The translations under genes and the position numbers were made by a program. A DNA stretch of 50,212 bases, counting the filler, from Sphacelaria rigidula (taxonomy: Eukaryota), in NCBI GenBank assembly GCA_964200075.2. It is 3 parts of 3 records of this genome, joined end to end, with 100 filler letters (N's around TTAATTAATTAA, not from the genome) between each part and the next. Parts side by side here need not be neighbours in the genome. Positions count along the whole stretch, not along the records: positions 1 to 16,673 come from CAXNAA020001279.1; 2 more parts are not named here. One strand, given 5' to 3'. The notes beneath the pieces were generated by a model. It worked only from the letters and a program-made list of their open reading frames with translations. It did not search any database and was not told where the DNA came from. Each line of letters opens with the position of its first letter. Position 1 is the first letter of the stretch. Below, one piece after another: positions 1 through 13,393 of this stretch.

Positions 1-3000
1 GTGCGGGTCTGGTCGATACATTTCGCCTCGCCGTTATTGGGCAGTTCGCTCGAAGACTTATTTTTAATTATTTCAGTAGCACAGGGTCAACCCTGTGTTA
101 GTGGGGGTCTGGTCCCAAAAGGTTTAAAGTGAGACCGTCAATCAAGAATCAAATTAGAAACCGCACCTGCGCCCATTACGTTGAAGTGGCGCCGGGCACT
201 GTTGTACCAGACCACCAAAGCATGCTGTTGTTTAGAAAATCCTGGACGCCGAATAACACGAGTTGGCCCTTGATCAACAGCCGCACTGATCACAGCGGGG
301 ACGGAAGATTACTTGTCTTCGTCTTCGTTACAATACAGGCTACAAAATATTGGGAGAAAACGTACGTTTGTGTGACACATGGTATGGAAATGCCCCGTCC
401 ATTCCACGAGTAAGCCGCGGCTGCTTTGAGTACTTGCGGATCATGACTGCCGCAGTGGAAACATGGTGCGCCCTGTACATGCAACTTTTGAAGACTACGA
501 TACTGCAGTCGCATTGTAGGAGGCCATGGTTGTGCCCCTTGTCAGTATAGTGCTGTCAACCCTTGCTCGGGTCGTTAGTTGACATTTGTACTCTTGACAA
601 GGGCTCTGGTGGTATTGTAAATTGTGAACGCAGCATTTGTCGAGTCAGATAGAACAGAGGCATCTACAAGTCAAGCTGCGATGAGGAATGCAGTCTGCTA
701 CAAGCATCACTGTACTGTGCTGAGCCACCACCCACCGGCCCACAACACGTCAAGAAGCTGCACGGACATCCGACCGTACGACCGGGAAAAAATCATTTAG
801 CACGTATGGTACCGTCCTTTTGCCCTACTCCTGTTAGCTTAGCGCCACAAGTTTAGTACTTTCCTACTACTGCAAGGTATCACGTACATGGTCGATCAAG
901 GATAGCCACTTCGTGAAGTTCCCATACCTCTCAAACACCCACAATAACACTCCCCTCAAGTTGTGTCACTGGACCATCAGCCACAACCCCTTGGACGCAA
1001 GAAGGCTTAGCGTTGAAGGGATGAAGAAGGTGGAACGCTTTATATGTACACAAGTACTTACAGCACGGTTCACCATACTTCTTCTCCGTCACATGCCTAT
1101 CGCTGCTCAGACCCTCTGTGAGAGGGTAAGACTGGAGCCTGTGAGTTGTTAGGCAATATGCTGCAAGTACTAGAATATTTTGTGCAGTATCGTACTGACC
1201 ACTGTGTCGGTTCATCTTCCAACCATTCCCGCATTGCCGTGTGTGTCGGAGTGCTTGTCCACGAACAAAGGACCCCGATATGTTGGGGCCTGCTACAACT
1301 GAAGCACAGCTGATCCAGGGTCTACGTAGTTTTACGCACTTATGATTCATATACGATGGTGCGACCCTTCGAGGGTCAGGTAGGGTGCTGTAATAACGCT
1401 GTGATCATAGGTTCGGGCATATTGAATGCCGGTAATCCGTCTGGATTGGCGCGATAAGTTAGAATGTGTGCTGCCGTTCGTGTCCCATGGACCGGAAGTG
1501 TACTGTACTGTATTGAACTGCATTGTGCTCTTGTTATTATCTGTGCGGACGCTATATCAAGGTATGCAGTTCATACCAAATCGTACGTCGTGTACCGGGT
1601 GCACAGCTAATGCCGAAGATTTTACGATGTAGCGAGAGTAACGCGAATGCAATGCACTAAACTTATAGAACGGGCAGCAACAAACACACGCGTACACACA
1701 CTGATGGGTCCAAGGCACAAAGCTATCGGAAGTCAACAAAAAAGGCTAACAGCAGCCCGCCCACTGTTGTGCCTGTCCTGCACGGTAGGGCAACGGGTAT
1801 CAGCTGAGGATGACTTGAACAGCACTCCGCCCACCATTTTTGCAGACACTCAAGGCTCTCAGACCAACCACGGCTTTTTATGCTCCGAGAATACGGCCTG
1901 ACAGTTCCGTCGGCGTTCGGAGTATGACCTCTCTATGCGCGAATGGTCCTTGTATGCCCTCGGACACAAAATTAGACAAGTACAAACCTTTGGCCTTGGT
2001 TTTTGGAGTATCGCACATGTAGCAGTTTATAACGATAGCTCAGTGGGCGTGTTGAAGTTTTCTAAGAGTCTGCATCACGTAGCATAGCACTGGCAGCTAC
2101 ATCTTCCCCAAGCCGCCGTCAGCACAATGAGTCGCACGGCAATACCTCCGTCTCCCGCGGAGATTGCTGTACTTCACTTTGTGCTGTACTTCACTTTGTG
2201 CTGTACCGGACCGACTATGACACGGGTATGTACGTTGGAACGCCTCCCCCTGCTTTCATGCAAGCATTGTGTCTTTCATCACGAGAACTATTCCGGACCC
2301 TCCAAAAAAAAGAGGCCACTGAAGGCCTGGGCACTACGAGGATCACCCCTATTGCCGCCCGACACTTTAGGTGGACAAGATATGGACACCAGAAAAAATA
2401 TGAAAATCAGCAGCCCTGTCCACAATAAGGATGCCACATTGCGCAAGTTAAGGGGGGTGTTATTAGGAGTAAGTAGGTGATATATCAGTAAAACCAAGAT
2501 AATCACATGTGGAGACATGACATGCTACTTCAGGCGGACATGTGGACAACCCGGAGGTGAAGCACAAATCGAGCAAGAGGTTCAAAACTACGTTCATCAT
2601 AATATTGGCAAGCCTTTTCTGCCTGGTGCCAGTGCAGGCGCGGGCTTGTGTGCGAGCCCTTGATGGCAGTGCTGGGCAACTTAGCTTCGAGAAGAGCACT
2701 GGCGGACCAATGTAGTGCTGTCCTGTATGCAAGCAGTCATTCGCATTCTGTACAGACAGTACGATAATCTTACGGTACGGGGTTTGTTGGATCAAGATTA
2801 TACGATGCACACTTTCCCGCGGGACTGTCATCCGAACATATCGTACCGAAACGAGGCCCGGTGTTCCAAGGGTTAATCAACCTTTTTAGCGCCCATGAGA
2901 TTGCAGGCCGCTTTTTTCTTCTTCTCTTCAGCCGGGGGTTCGGAAAACTGAATTTGGTGCAGACACAACGTCTACATAGAAAGCGCACATGCGCGCGTCA

Positions 3001-4854
3001 CAGATATCACAGAACCCACAAAGGGTAGGGCCACCGCCACTGCCGTCTGGCAACTATCCACAAGACAGTACAGTAGTACCAGTGATCGCGTCAATAAGTC
3101 ACTCTCACATGAAAGGGATTAGCACACACAACTGGACTTTATGTTGCTGGACTGTCGATTGTTGAAGGGTGTGGCGCATTTGGTGAGAGGTGTACGTGCT
3201 GCAGGCGGAGCGTGCGGGTGTGGTCGGGTGTCGTTTGATTTGGGCCGGACGTTAGCGGAAGTCATCGCCCCTACGCCAACAGCCGATTTAGTAAGACGAA
3301 CACACACGTTGACAAGCGCACGAGCAACACGCATGGGCCCTCAGTGGTGAGCTTGTCTTCTCTCAAACCTCGGCTTCAATTCGCGGCTGTCTGCTGCTCA
3401 GTCTTGGGCAGACACGGCCTACAAAATCCTCATCCCGTCCTCTCAACTATTCTGAAATCCCCAACCCGCTCTCTTAACTCTTAGACAGCAACTCCCCCGG
3501 AGGTGGACTGGTTTGGACTGTACCCCATTTGGGGTTCAGAACTGCTCTTTTTCGCTACACAAAACGACTTTTTCATGAACATGTGGATATTCGTCATCTA
3601 TATAGAAATGATACCGGATAACCCCTGACCAGTTTTGACCCTGCAGTCAATTGCGTGCAGAATCGGTATGTATGTGTGCTGTATGTCTTCACTGGATACA
3701 ACGGCAGGAGACAGTATAAGTGTGCCAGTGCTCTTCACTGAACACAATTTGTTGCATGCTGCTGATGCCTTCGCCTAGTGCTCAACAACAACACCACAGA
3801 CAGTGTGAAGCTATGCTGGCAACACATGAGGGGTCAGGCAGGCGGCGTAGACCACGAGCAGAATACAAAACAAGATATTTGTACCCATGTAATTTATGGT
3901 TAATTTTCCATGATCAAAATGAGTCGTGGGGGTAGACAGCGAATGATTGTAGTTCAATTTAGTCCACCCGAACCGGAAGAACGTGCTCATTTCGACGACC
4001 GTGATTGGTCAGAATGGGCACCCCACGCCTTTCGGGCCTGGTGCACGGCTCATAATTTTCCGCGGAAAACTCCCAAATACACACGGTTGGCTTGGTGAGC
4101 TTTTTGGCTGCTCTACAGACAGACCGCCCCCCCCTCTCAAAGACCACCCCCCCCGGCCACAGGAAACCCTGGAATGTCTCCGGACTGTCCGCCTGTGAAA
4201 CTGTTCCGAGGCGACGCCCGCTGTCTAACGGTTGAGAAGTCCCCGGTTAGCTGCGACGCGCTACGATTCAACCATTTTAGCCTGGTGCGATGCTATTCAG
4301 AAAAAAAAAATGCGAAATCTGTTCTAGCGCCCGGACATCGTAGAACGTCTTTCTCGTCTAAAACAAGGTCATCCTCCACGAGATTGCCAGGTCCCATTGC
4401 ACGCCGCGAGTGATAAGACGCTAAACGCCTTGGCGGCGAGGCTAGTCCATCTGGGTTATAAATATCTTGTTCAACTGAGATTGAAGCTGATTCAACACAT
4501 GAGCTATGCTCGCCGTCAAAGAGTTAACTACAAGTGTGAAACCCTTCGGCGCATGAATATCAGATCGAGCCTCGAAATGCCACTGGGACTACGCGGACAA
4601 CAACCGACTGATTTGGCCAAAAAAATGCCAGTTAGGGTCTGAAGATCGCGGAATGTGTGGCATGCTGTCGTTGAAGGTGGTGTGGCATGCTGTCGTTGAA
4701 GGTGATGGTCGCAAGCAGGGAGGTGCTTTAGCTACAGCGCCGCGGCTACTGGTGATGAAGGTCGGCGGGTGATACTGTTCCGAAATGAAGTTCAACGCCA
4801 AAGGCGATCGAGTAACAGAAGGATACACACCGTAACAGCTGCACTGTCGCTCAC

Positions 4855-5001
4855 CGGGTTGGTCTCATACTTGAGACCGGTCATGAAGTACTCGAGCGAC
4901 TTCTTGTACAGGCCCAAGGCGATGTCGTAGTCCTGGTTATTGTCCGCGGCTATCGCATCCTTCACCGTATCAATGGCTCGTGGGATAAACGAATTATCCA
5001 T
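4855..5001 (-). CDS. VPS4: Exon 1 of a VPS4/SKD1-type AAA-ATPase (N-terminal MIT domain); downstream exons not found in the window
   Basis: Translates as MDNSFIPRAIDTVKDAIAADNNQDYDIALGLYKKSLEYFMTGLKYETNP, matching the VPS4 MIT pattern (AI..D....Y..A..LY..SLEYF...LKYE.NP). It is exactly 49 codons, followed by a GTGAG donor at 4854 (phase 0). Confidence 0.85.
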
Positions 5002-6432
5002 ATTATGTCCCTTTAGAGCTACTGCGAAAACCGCAGCAACAGAACCAGACTAAAACCAGGTGCTGTAGATTTTGGAATATCGCCGGCAGAACCCCCAAAG
5101 CAACAGACTTCACGTCTAGCTAGGGAGCTTCCTAGTTCCAGCACAGAGCCTGAAGGATGGTATGTCAAAGCTTCCTATCAGCGAAATTCACTGTGTGCTA
5201 GTTGACTTCAACCCCTCCCCAGTCCTCTCCTGCATGCCACACGTCGTTACAGTTATGCAATACAACAAAGCTCCTGTCATCCGATATACAGAACATTTAC
5301 GGCGGAATTCTGACCGTCATATGCCGTATTATGTATTGTCATGGTCCAAAATTGTATTCTCCGTGTTATCGTACACAGCGTGCAGGATATACATGTGATG
5401 GGCATCGCAGCGCTGAGACTGTACTGAACGGAAGACTTGCGGTTTCCTGTTGCAAAACGTAGTTTGCATACAAACACACAAACACAATTTTCTGCCCCCA
5501 TCTGAAAGACGAACCATGTAGTACCTCGATTAATTCATCCGGCAATCACGAACACACAGTTGTGGCCACCTTCTTATGGGAACATCTGTATAATCACGCG
5601 CTCAGACAAACTGGCGATCCAGAAGCGTACGAGATTGATCCTACGTCGTTACCGACCGGCTGAACGCGCGCACGTAACTCGCCAACAGCAACCTTTTGTG
5701 GTTTCAAGGGATCACCCGGGATCTATGGTGAATGAACGGAAAGTGTAACGCTATCGTTTACGCTCGGCTAGCAGTGTCGTACACAATAGAAGCCCTCGAT
5801 CATCTGACTATGACTGTGGACAACTTTTGGATCGCGCAAAGATTGCGTGTCAATTGTATCTATCTATCATCACCTGCGATGCATCAAGCATTTTGCTGGC
5901 GAGTTTCGTGTGAACCCGCCAAACCGTTATGATAATTAACAAGATGGAAACGGATGCCTCTCAAGCTTACAGGCGTTGATTGCCCCTGTGACTAGTTAGC
6001 AAGGCCCATGTAGTTTGTAGTTTGACAATAATATCGGAACACCGCAAAGATGCTGATGCAAACAGCGGGAGGGTGGTTAACACCAAAACAGCGACAACTT
6101 TCACTCTTACTCGCCCAACATCACCTCATTTTCCTCCAAAATAGCTTTCATGCTTATCCTGACATCTGTAGCTTACGGTCTATTGCTCTCTGGGTGGTAC
6201 ATTTTGCCCTGATGGGAAACTCAATACGTATGCAGAGTGCAGCCCCCTAAACCCGAGATATTCGTTGTCGTCCATGATGATACGGAGGCGTGTTCATACG
6301 CGACACTTCCAATAAGTGAATGTGTCAGCTGCGAGCCTTCATTTGTGACATATCCATACTGTAGTAATTGCATCTCGTGCAGCAAGGTGATGTACTAGGA
6401 CGTGTGTGCTAGGTGAGGAGGTGTAGACACGC

Positions 6433-9400
6433 ATGGAGACCGTGGAGCTGCACTCTGCGGAAGGTAAGTAAATGTCCTGTTTCTGTGCTATCAGGTGTGG
6501 ATTTAGGGACTACGGCGGGGTCTTGTTGCTCAGGTTCTCGCCGACTAGGAGCGCGCTTTTTCCATGTCACGATCAGCTCCTTCGTCGATGCAGCTGTGTT
6601 TGCGCATGATGCTGGTGGACCCTGTGTATCCTTGTTTTCAGTTGGCATGGAAGGGGTTAATGCGTAACAATTTAGATCTTCAGCAGCTCGACCTACAGTA
6701 TCTTCTTGTACGTGTTCTCCGTAGGTGTGGCACCCTATGGTAGCAATACGAGGAAACGTGTTTGATCTTGAATACAAACGTGTGAGTTGGCCTCGTGCAG
6801 CAACAGGCAGCGAGAAATATCCATGTGCACCTGCTTCGCAGAGGATGCAAATAGGGTTGTCAAGAGGTAAGGATCCCATCCTCAGCAAGTCCGAACAGGG
6901 CTTGCGTTTCTACGCTCAAAAGTGTGTGTATTGTCACGTCCAGTATTGCAATACGGTACGGGAACGGCGCTTTGTGCTGACGTTTGCCCATTCCTTGCGC
7001 GACTTCATTGTTCACGACTATCGTATCAACAGCTGCAATATGGGCTTGGGAAGCTCTCTGGTCAGCGCGGCGTCACATGAGGATGGATATTCTCGATGTC
7101 GCCCTTCTCGACCGATTACCTCACTCCGCTGCAATCACAACGACGACAACCCCGAACATCGCTCAATGGCTCTTTACAGCGAAGGACGGTCGGATAATGA
7201 AAAAATCGAGCTCAAACACAAGTCTCGCAGCACTGAAGCAAGCTCTACTCCGCAAAACGATTCGTCGAGCAGCATTTCCTGATCGGGAAATATGCAGGGA
7301 TTCAGAGGTGGGGATATCAGACGCTGTCACCGTGTGTAGACCCTTGGCTACCGCCCTACTGTCCACGGGCACAAGCGTTCTCATTGACGAACACAGTTGG
7401 GGAAGCTTCATATTCCACGGAGTTGTACATGGGGGGGAGGGCGGTGATGTGATAGCCATTACTGCCCTCGATCCCTGTGACTCTCTTGAGATTCGTCGAG
7501 GGCCCCGACAACGACTTATGGGCGAATATAGGGTGAAATCAGATGATACCTTATCGTCAAGCACCGGCGGAGAAGAAGCGTTTGGGGCACCGGCATATGC
7601 CATCACAAGAACTTACATGCTCGTGGCTTCCGACCTTTTAAGAGGAGGGCGCGGTGTTGTCGGTGAGCAAAAAGTCGACGCACAACCGGATGGGCTGCAG
7701 ACAACGATGGGAGTGGCGACAAAACGTGCACCGAATAGTATGTTGGTCTCCAAAGCCAAGGCAACCAACAAAGAGGTTGAAACCAAGCTTCGAAGAATAG
7801 TGCAGTGGGTGCAGGAGGTTCGACGGGTGCGCATACTCGACATGACCGCATTATTCATCGCACTGCCATCATCAGGGACCGGTGCTCCTGGTGTCTGGCT
7901 AGAGAGAGTGACGAGTGCTCGAGTGGTGCGAGGCGAAAGTCTTCTGCCAGCTCCCAGCGCTGAAATGGGGACTACTGAGTCACCGCGGACAGTGCGCGAC
8001 CTGCGGGATTTCCCAACAAGGCGAGTTGTCGGTCCGACAGACGTTAGCCCTCAAAATCCACAACGGTCGCGGGAAACGCGGATTCAATCGAATGAAACCC
8101 AGAAAAAGACTACTGTTCCAGTGGACGAGAATGTTCGCATTGGTGAAGACGGTGATGGTGAGGGACAAGGGAACTCTGCTAAAATACATCACATTCACGA
8201 CGTGGCTACCTCAGCGTGCAACGACAAAATCGCTGATGGAGCAACGAACAAAGACAATGCGTCCGCACCGGTCCCAAGTTGTAGGCATCGTGCCCCCCCC
8301 CAGCAAACATCGGTATCGGAAATGCTAGCAGACGCCGCGCTGTCGGCTTTGTCAGCGGGCACACCAGGCGAGCGCGTAACGACAGACATGGTGGGTACCG
8401 TGCGCACGCCAGGGGGTTACACCAAGGATGTAGGGGAATCCCTGGCCAGTATTGCTGCAGCGCAGTACCAACAAACATCAGCTACATCACCAGCAGAGGC
8501 TGTGCGAGCTTCCTACCGCGAGAGGAGATGCGCTGGCGATTTTTGTACGTGCGATGTGGGGTTGTTAGCGCCGCTGAAGCAGCAGTCTCCGAAGCAAGCT
8601 GCCGGCGACCGTGGGGACGGAGGTGCGGTGGATAGGGATGAATGCAGTCAAGTCGATTGGACCGGAATAGACTTGGATTGTGAAGGAGATGCGTTGTTAA
8701 AGATAGGGAAGCGCCATGCACAATGCGCGCCCACAAACCTTGGAGTAAGTCACAACGATCTGCGGCTGTCGATTGCCAAGAGATCAATTTGTCTGGCACG
8801 AATTGACGCCAGCAAAGGGCGAGACGCGCACTGGGGGGAGGATCTCCGCACATTCTGGAAGAATAGTCGAGTCGCTGAAGCTATTGGTGGCTTGGAAGGG
8901 CTAAACCCTTCGCTGCTTTACGAAGAGGTGAGAGCGTAGCGATCACAGAAGAAGATGCTCGGCACAAATTGCGTGCACGCGGGTTGGAGCAGCGCAAGCG
9001 GAAGGTGGTCAAAATGGCGGATTGGTCGCCTTGGCTATTGAATCCCCCACAAATACGTCGTGTAATGTTCGACGGACCGGGGTAGCGTCGATGCGGTCGT
9101 AATTGGCACATGGTGTGCAGTCGTACTGTGATCTGTGTTCGTTTCTACACATGAAAAGTCCAAATTCACCCGCACACCGACCCCCGCGCGCTTTCCCTCT
9201 CTTCGGAATTTCCTGATGTGCATCCTACTATACTCCAAAGGTTCTCGTGTGTCGTGCATGTTACGATACCTACAGAAAACTAGACAATTCGCGAGGAGAC
9301 GTTGGTCGTGAAAGCCACAGTGAATCCGGATCTTCAAAGCCCAACGGTTTGTCCGGAACAAGTTCGAGTAACATATGTAGCCCTCAGCGCCTAGCCGCCT

Positions 9401-12400
9401 CTGAGGCGGGTGCAGCAAGGCTAAGTGCCGATCTCACCGCCATGTTGAAGGACGTGGACGCACGATCTGGAAAGCTGGGGATCGAGGCTGGGATTATCTG
9501 GAGAAGACGTCTCAAGTGAGAATAAGAGGAATCCCCGGTATAGTTAACATCCAAGTAGGTGTTAGACACTACTTTCTAGCTGAGAAATAAACTACACAAC
9601 CTGTTTCGTCGCTTAAAACCACGGGTGTGTTCGTACCTTTCGGCAGTATGGCAAATACAATTCCACGTACATGGCTAATGACATCAGCTGCGCCATGCAT
9701 TGTGAACACAAATCAAGAGGTTTGTCTTACTCGGGACCTAGTTTTCGTAGGGGCAGCCTTGCCTTGGGCGTAATAATCGAAAGTCCGCATATACGCAGCA
9801 ATATACACTTGCCTAGAATAGATCCGTCCCTCGCGTGCCGGTTAAAAAACAATTGCAGGTTGACTTGGCTCAACTACTACGGTTGATTACAGGTTAACTG
9901 AACGGTGCTTTTGGTCTCTGCTATAATACACCCGTGTTCCGCCACCACCATACCCCAGCAAGAGCAAGAGCAGCGGTGGCGCAGACTTCGCCACAGAACG
10001 GAGCCAGATACGATTGGCCGACAGATTGGCTCGACCAAAACTTCGGTCTCAACCGAAAGAAGGTGCAGCTATCCCTACCCATGGCAACAAGCGGCAGGTC
10101 AAAAGCAGAGGAGACAATCCTGAAAGTACAAACAACAGCAAGTACCGCAGGCGTGATAGCGCGCCGGCAGACTTGTCCTCATTGCCGTGCTTACAAAGCG
10201 CGGCAGCACCAAGATCGTCGGTGGCTCTCGGAGGACGGGATAACGCGACCCAGGTGGATCATTCCCCACTACCCCCCGGCTTACCAAGGCGAAACGCGTG
10301 GTCAACGCATAACGAAACCGCCGATAACATGACGAGAAAATCGTCGACCAGGTCCACTGCAGAAAATTCCTCGACCGTGAGCACTGGACGTCTCAGCAAA
10401 CCGACAGCAAGTTCTCTCCAAAATTGCGGCTTCGTCAACGAAACTTCAGGGACGCGACAGGTACCGCAACGTGTAGTTGAAAGAGACAGGTCCGGTGGCG
10501 ACCAAATAGGTAAGGGTAGATCTAGAGATACTATTCGAGCAATCGAGGCGATGTTAAAGGGTGGAGGTGAACGTTACTTGCCAGAACGTGCCCACGATTT
10601 GCCTGAGGCTGCCGGAGTGTTGAGACCAACACCGGTTTCCCTAGACTGGGATCAGAATCTAGGGAAAGGCAATACACAAAACCACCATCGTGAAGGCAAA
10701 ATACTTTGTGGCGGGAAATTTGGTCGAAACAAGACCAATCATGCCGACAGGAAAAGCAGAGTTCCCCCAAGTAGCGAATGGAGGGACTCGCACCATGATT
10801 TGGGGGAAGATGGTAGCGATAGAAGCGGCGGCGACGGGAGTAGGAGACGTTCGTCTGGAAGAAGAAGGAGGCATACCGCAATGGACAGATTTCTTCACCC
10901 ATGGCAGCGGGAGCTCGAAGCAGAGAAGCGGGACAAGTCAGCGAAAACAATCAAAGAAGCCATGATGGAGCTAGCCAATGAACGTCAGCAGAGGCGAGAG
11001 GAGCGCCGAACGGCAGCGAGGTCGGAACACTGTCGTCGGGCCAGCAGGCGCATTGCGTTCCGTTTGGGACATCGGCGACGCCGAAACCGCAGCGTGCGTT
11101 TTATTGGACAAACCGCGCGAGATCAGCGTCAACACCAAAAAATATCGAACGACGAAGTTGAGCGTGAAGGGACAGGACCGGTGAACGAGGCAGATGGCTC
11201 AGAAGGCGGCGGCGCTGCGCAGTACTCCATCGAGCAGATGCGTGATTCTCTTGGTTGGGCGCGGAAAACGTTGCTTGCTCTTGCAAAACGATTGAGCATC
11301 AATGTTCAAGTTTTCCAGTCTCCGAATGAGCGCGCCATGGAAGCAGCTGGGGAGATGGATGATCTGGTGAGTGAACTACAACAGCACATGGCGGCTTTCG
11401 AGGGCGAGGTGAATGAGCTGGGGTCACGCTTGGCGGGAGGAATAGCGTCAAGTTCGGGCACGTTTGGCGAGCGCTGCGACGCAGCCTGCGACGCGTTCGA
11501 GAGCGAGTTTTATCGAATGATCGAACAACTCACCGCCGCAGCAAATTCGACTCAATCCAACGACACGGAACAGAGCCAGAATGCTGAACAGACCGGGCCG
11601 CAAAGCTCCACCTTTTCCAGGGATCCTGCCATCCCGAATACAAGTACTCCAACATGCCTCACCGGTTCTCCCATCGAACAAGAATCTCATACATCACAGA
11701 TAGATACACTCTGTCCTTCGTGCATGATCCTTCCTGTCGCAAGGCGTTGCCTGGACTGCAACGGCAGCAGCACAGACCGAGATCAGTGCTCCAGCTGCTT
11801 CGTTAGACACCACCGTGAGGAACCTCGCCGTGACCATCGCTTTTTACGGATAGGTGGCAGCGGTGGCAGCGGCGGCGGCCATGGGGGGGGCGATTCTCTC
11901 AGTAAAGGTGAGGGTGAAGACCGAGTCACAGATTCTAGCCAACGCCGGGAGGGTGGTGGGAAAAAAACGGGCATTGACCCAGGGAACGCCATGAACAAAC
12001 ATCACGACTTCGGTGATCCCGCTCTGACGGTCGGTGCTCGTGAAGGTGACGCTGCGCGGTGCTCCGGGTGCGGAGATCTTGTAGCGTCTGGCCGATGTTG
12101 GTCTTGTGGTGGAGTGGATGTGTTCCCCAGAAACCACCCTCTCACCGATCAGTCTCCAAGTCGACGATCGATCTCGACGGAAATGCTGGGCGAACATGTG
12201 GCTTCAGCACACGAGGCCCGGCACCGCCGCCAGCCTGGGCAAACAACAGTTGAAAAGGAGTCGGCAGACGTCGAAACCGACGGTGTCACTCGACACGACC
12301 ATGCCGACGCGCCCGACGTGGACTGTAAGACGTTATCATCAAGGATAGACAGACCTGATACAGCGACCGCCACATCCAGCTCAGCTATACCCGCTCAAAC

Positions 12401-13007
12401 AGGCCACAACTGCATAGAGGATGGGCATGGAAATGTCGGGATGTTTGGGGAAGACTCAGTTCAGGCGCTAGAACGGGTGACCTCAACAGTGCACTCTCCG
12501 CTAACGCGCCCATTGGCTTCATCCGTGTCTGCTGGCTTGACCGGGCAACCAGGAACATGTGCGGACACACAGAGACAGTCCAACGTCGGCGCCCGAACCG
12601 TCGATCAACGAGACGATGCCAGCAGCGGAGCGAAGGTACTTCCGAAGGATGGACGAGGCGATGATAGCGAGAGTGAGAGGGACAACGATGCGGACGAAAT
12701 GGGGGGAGGACCAGAACACGGGGGAACGGCTTTACAAGACGATGGAGAGGTGGGAAGATCGGAAAGCGGTGCTGCCTCTGAGGAAGAAGAGGACTCTGAT
12801 GACGACGGCATGGTGAGCTGTATTGTTACTGCATGTGGTGGTGCAACTGCATGCTTAGGGACGTTATTGGATGAAATGCTGGAAGTTGAAATTTTGCTAC
12901 GCAGAATGAACAGGAACGTGTCATATGCGAAGATGTGTGGGATGTGTGTGGTTGGGTAACTGACAAGATGTACTTCGTACAAGGCTCGTGATTCCACCGT
13001 GGAGTAA
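6433..13007 (+). CDS. Large spliced hypothetical protein (about 1700 aa), mostly low-complexity, with Cys motifs, a coiled coil and a B-box-type zinc finger
   Basis: Frame-consistent exon chain: 6433-6463 (tentative, GTAAGT donor, phase 1), 7033-8927 (GAG|GTGAG), 9241-9515 (AA|GTGAG, phase 2), 9959-12812 (ATG|GTGAG), 12984-13007 (tentative, TAA). It joins the 651, 90 and 981 aa ORFs; the junction LLYEE|VLVCRACYDTY reads as one motif. First and last exons are less certain. Confidence 0.75.
11712..11843 (+). other. B-box-type zinc finger coding segment
   Basis: CPSCMILPVARRCLDC...QCSSCFVRHHREEPRRDHRF shows the CxxC-x8-CxxC...CxxC-x3-H...H spacing of B-box domains. A degenerate second copy (CSGC...CWSC) lies near 12060-12110. 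Confidence 0.65.
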
Positions 13008-13393
13008 GCATTGATCCCGGAGGGCGGAGTCTTGATCCGTTCGTCAGATGAAGAGGGAGCTGATCAAAACCCACTAAGCAAACCTCAGTGTGCCGGGAAT
13101 GTCATGAATAATCTTTCAACCAATACATACGATTTAAAGGTCGCACAATTAGTACGGCACAATGCGCCTACGCCATTCAGTATCCGTCATCAGCGCGTGC
13201 GCGAGCGAGGGAAAGGAAAGGGGGTGCAATTCCAAAAATACGTATCAATTTAGAACTCGATCTCAAAAGCTGACCTCGCGTGGAGTCTGCAGCAGTTCTT
13301 CTCGCCTGTCGCAGGGTCATTCTGCTCCTGCTGCGTCTGCTAGGGCTAACATATGGTGTGGAACTGTACTTCTGTGCAAAATGTATATATTTA

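Noticed and set aside
2165..2206. 17-bp tandem duplication (and a 25-bp one at 4655-4704)
   Set aside because: Ordinary slippage duplications inside the VPS4 intron, with no sign of function.
7163..8853. Antisense ORFs over the long exons (also 41-43.5 kb)
   Set aside because: Shadow ORFs expected opposite GC-rich coding sequence.
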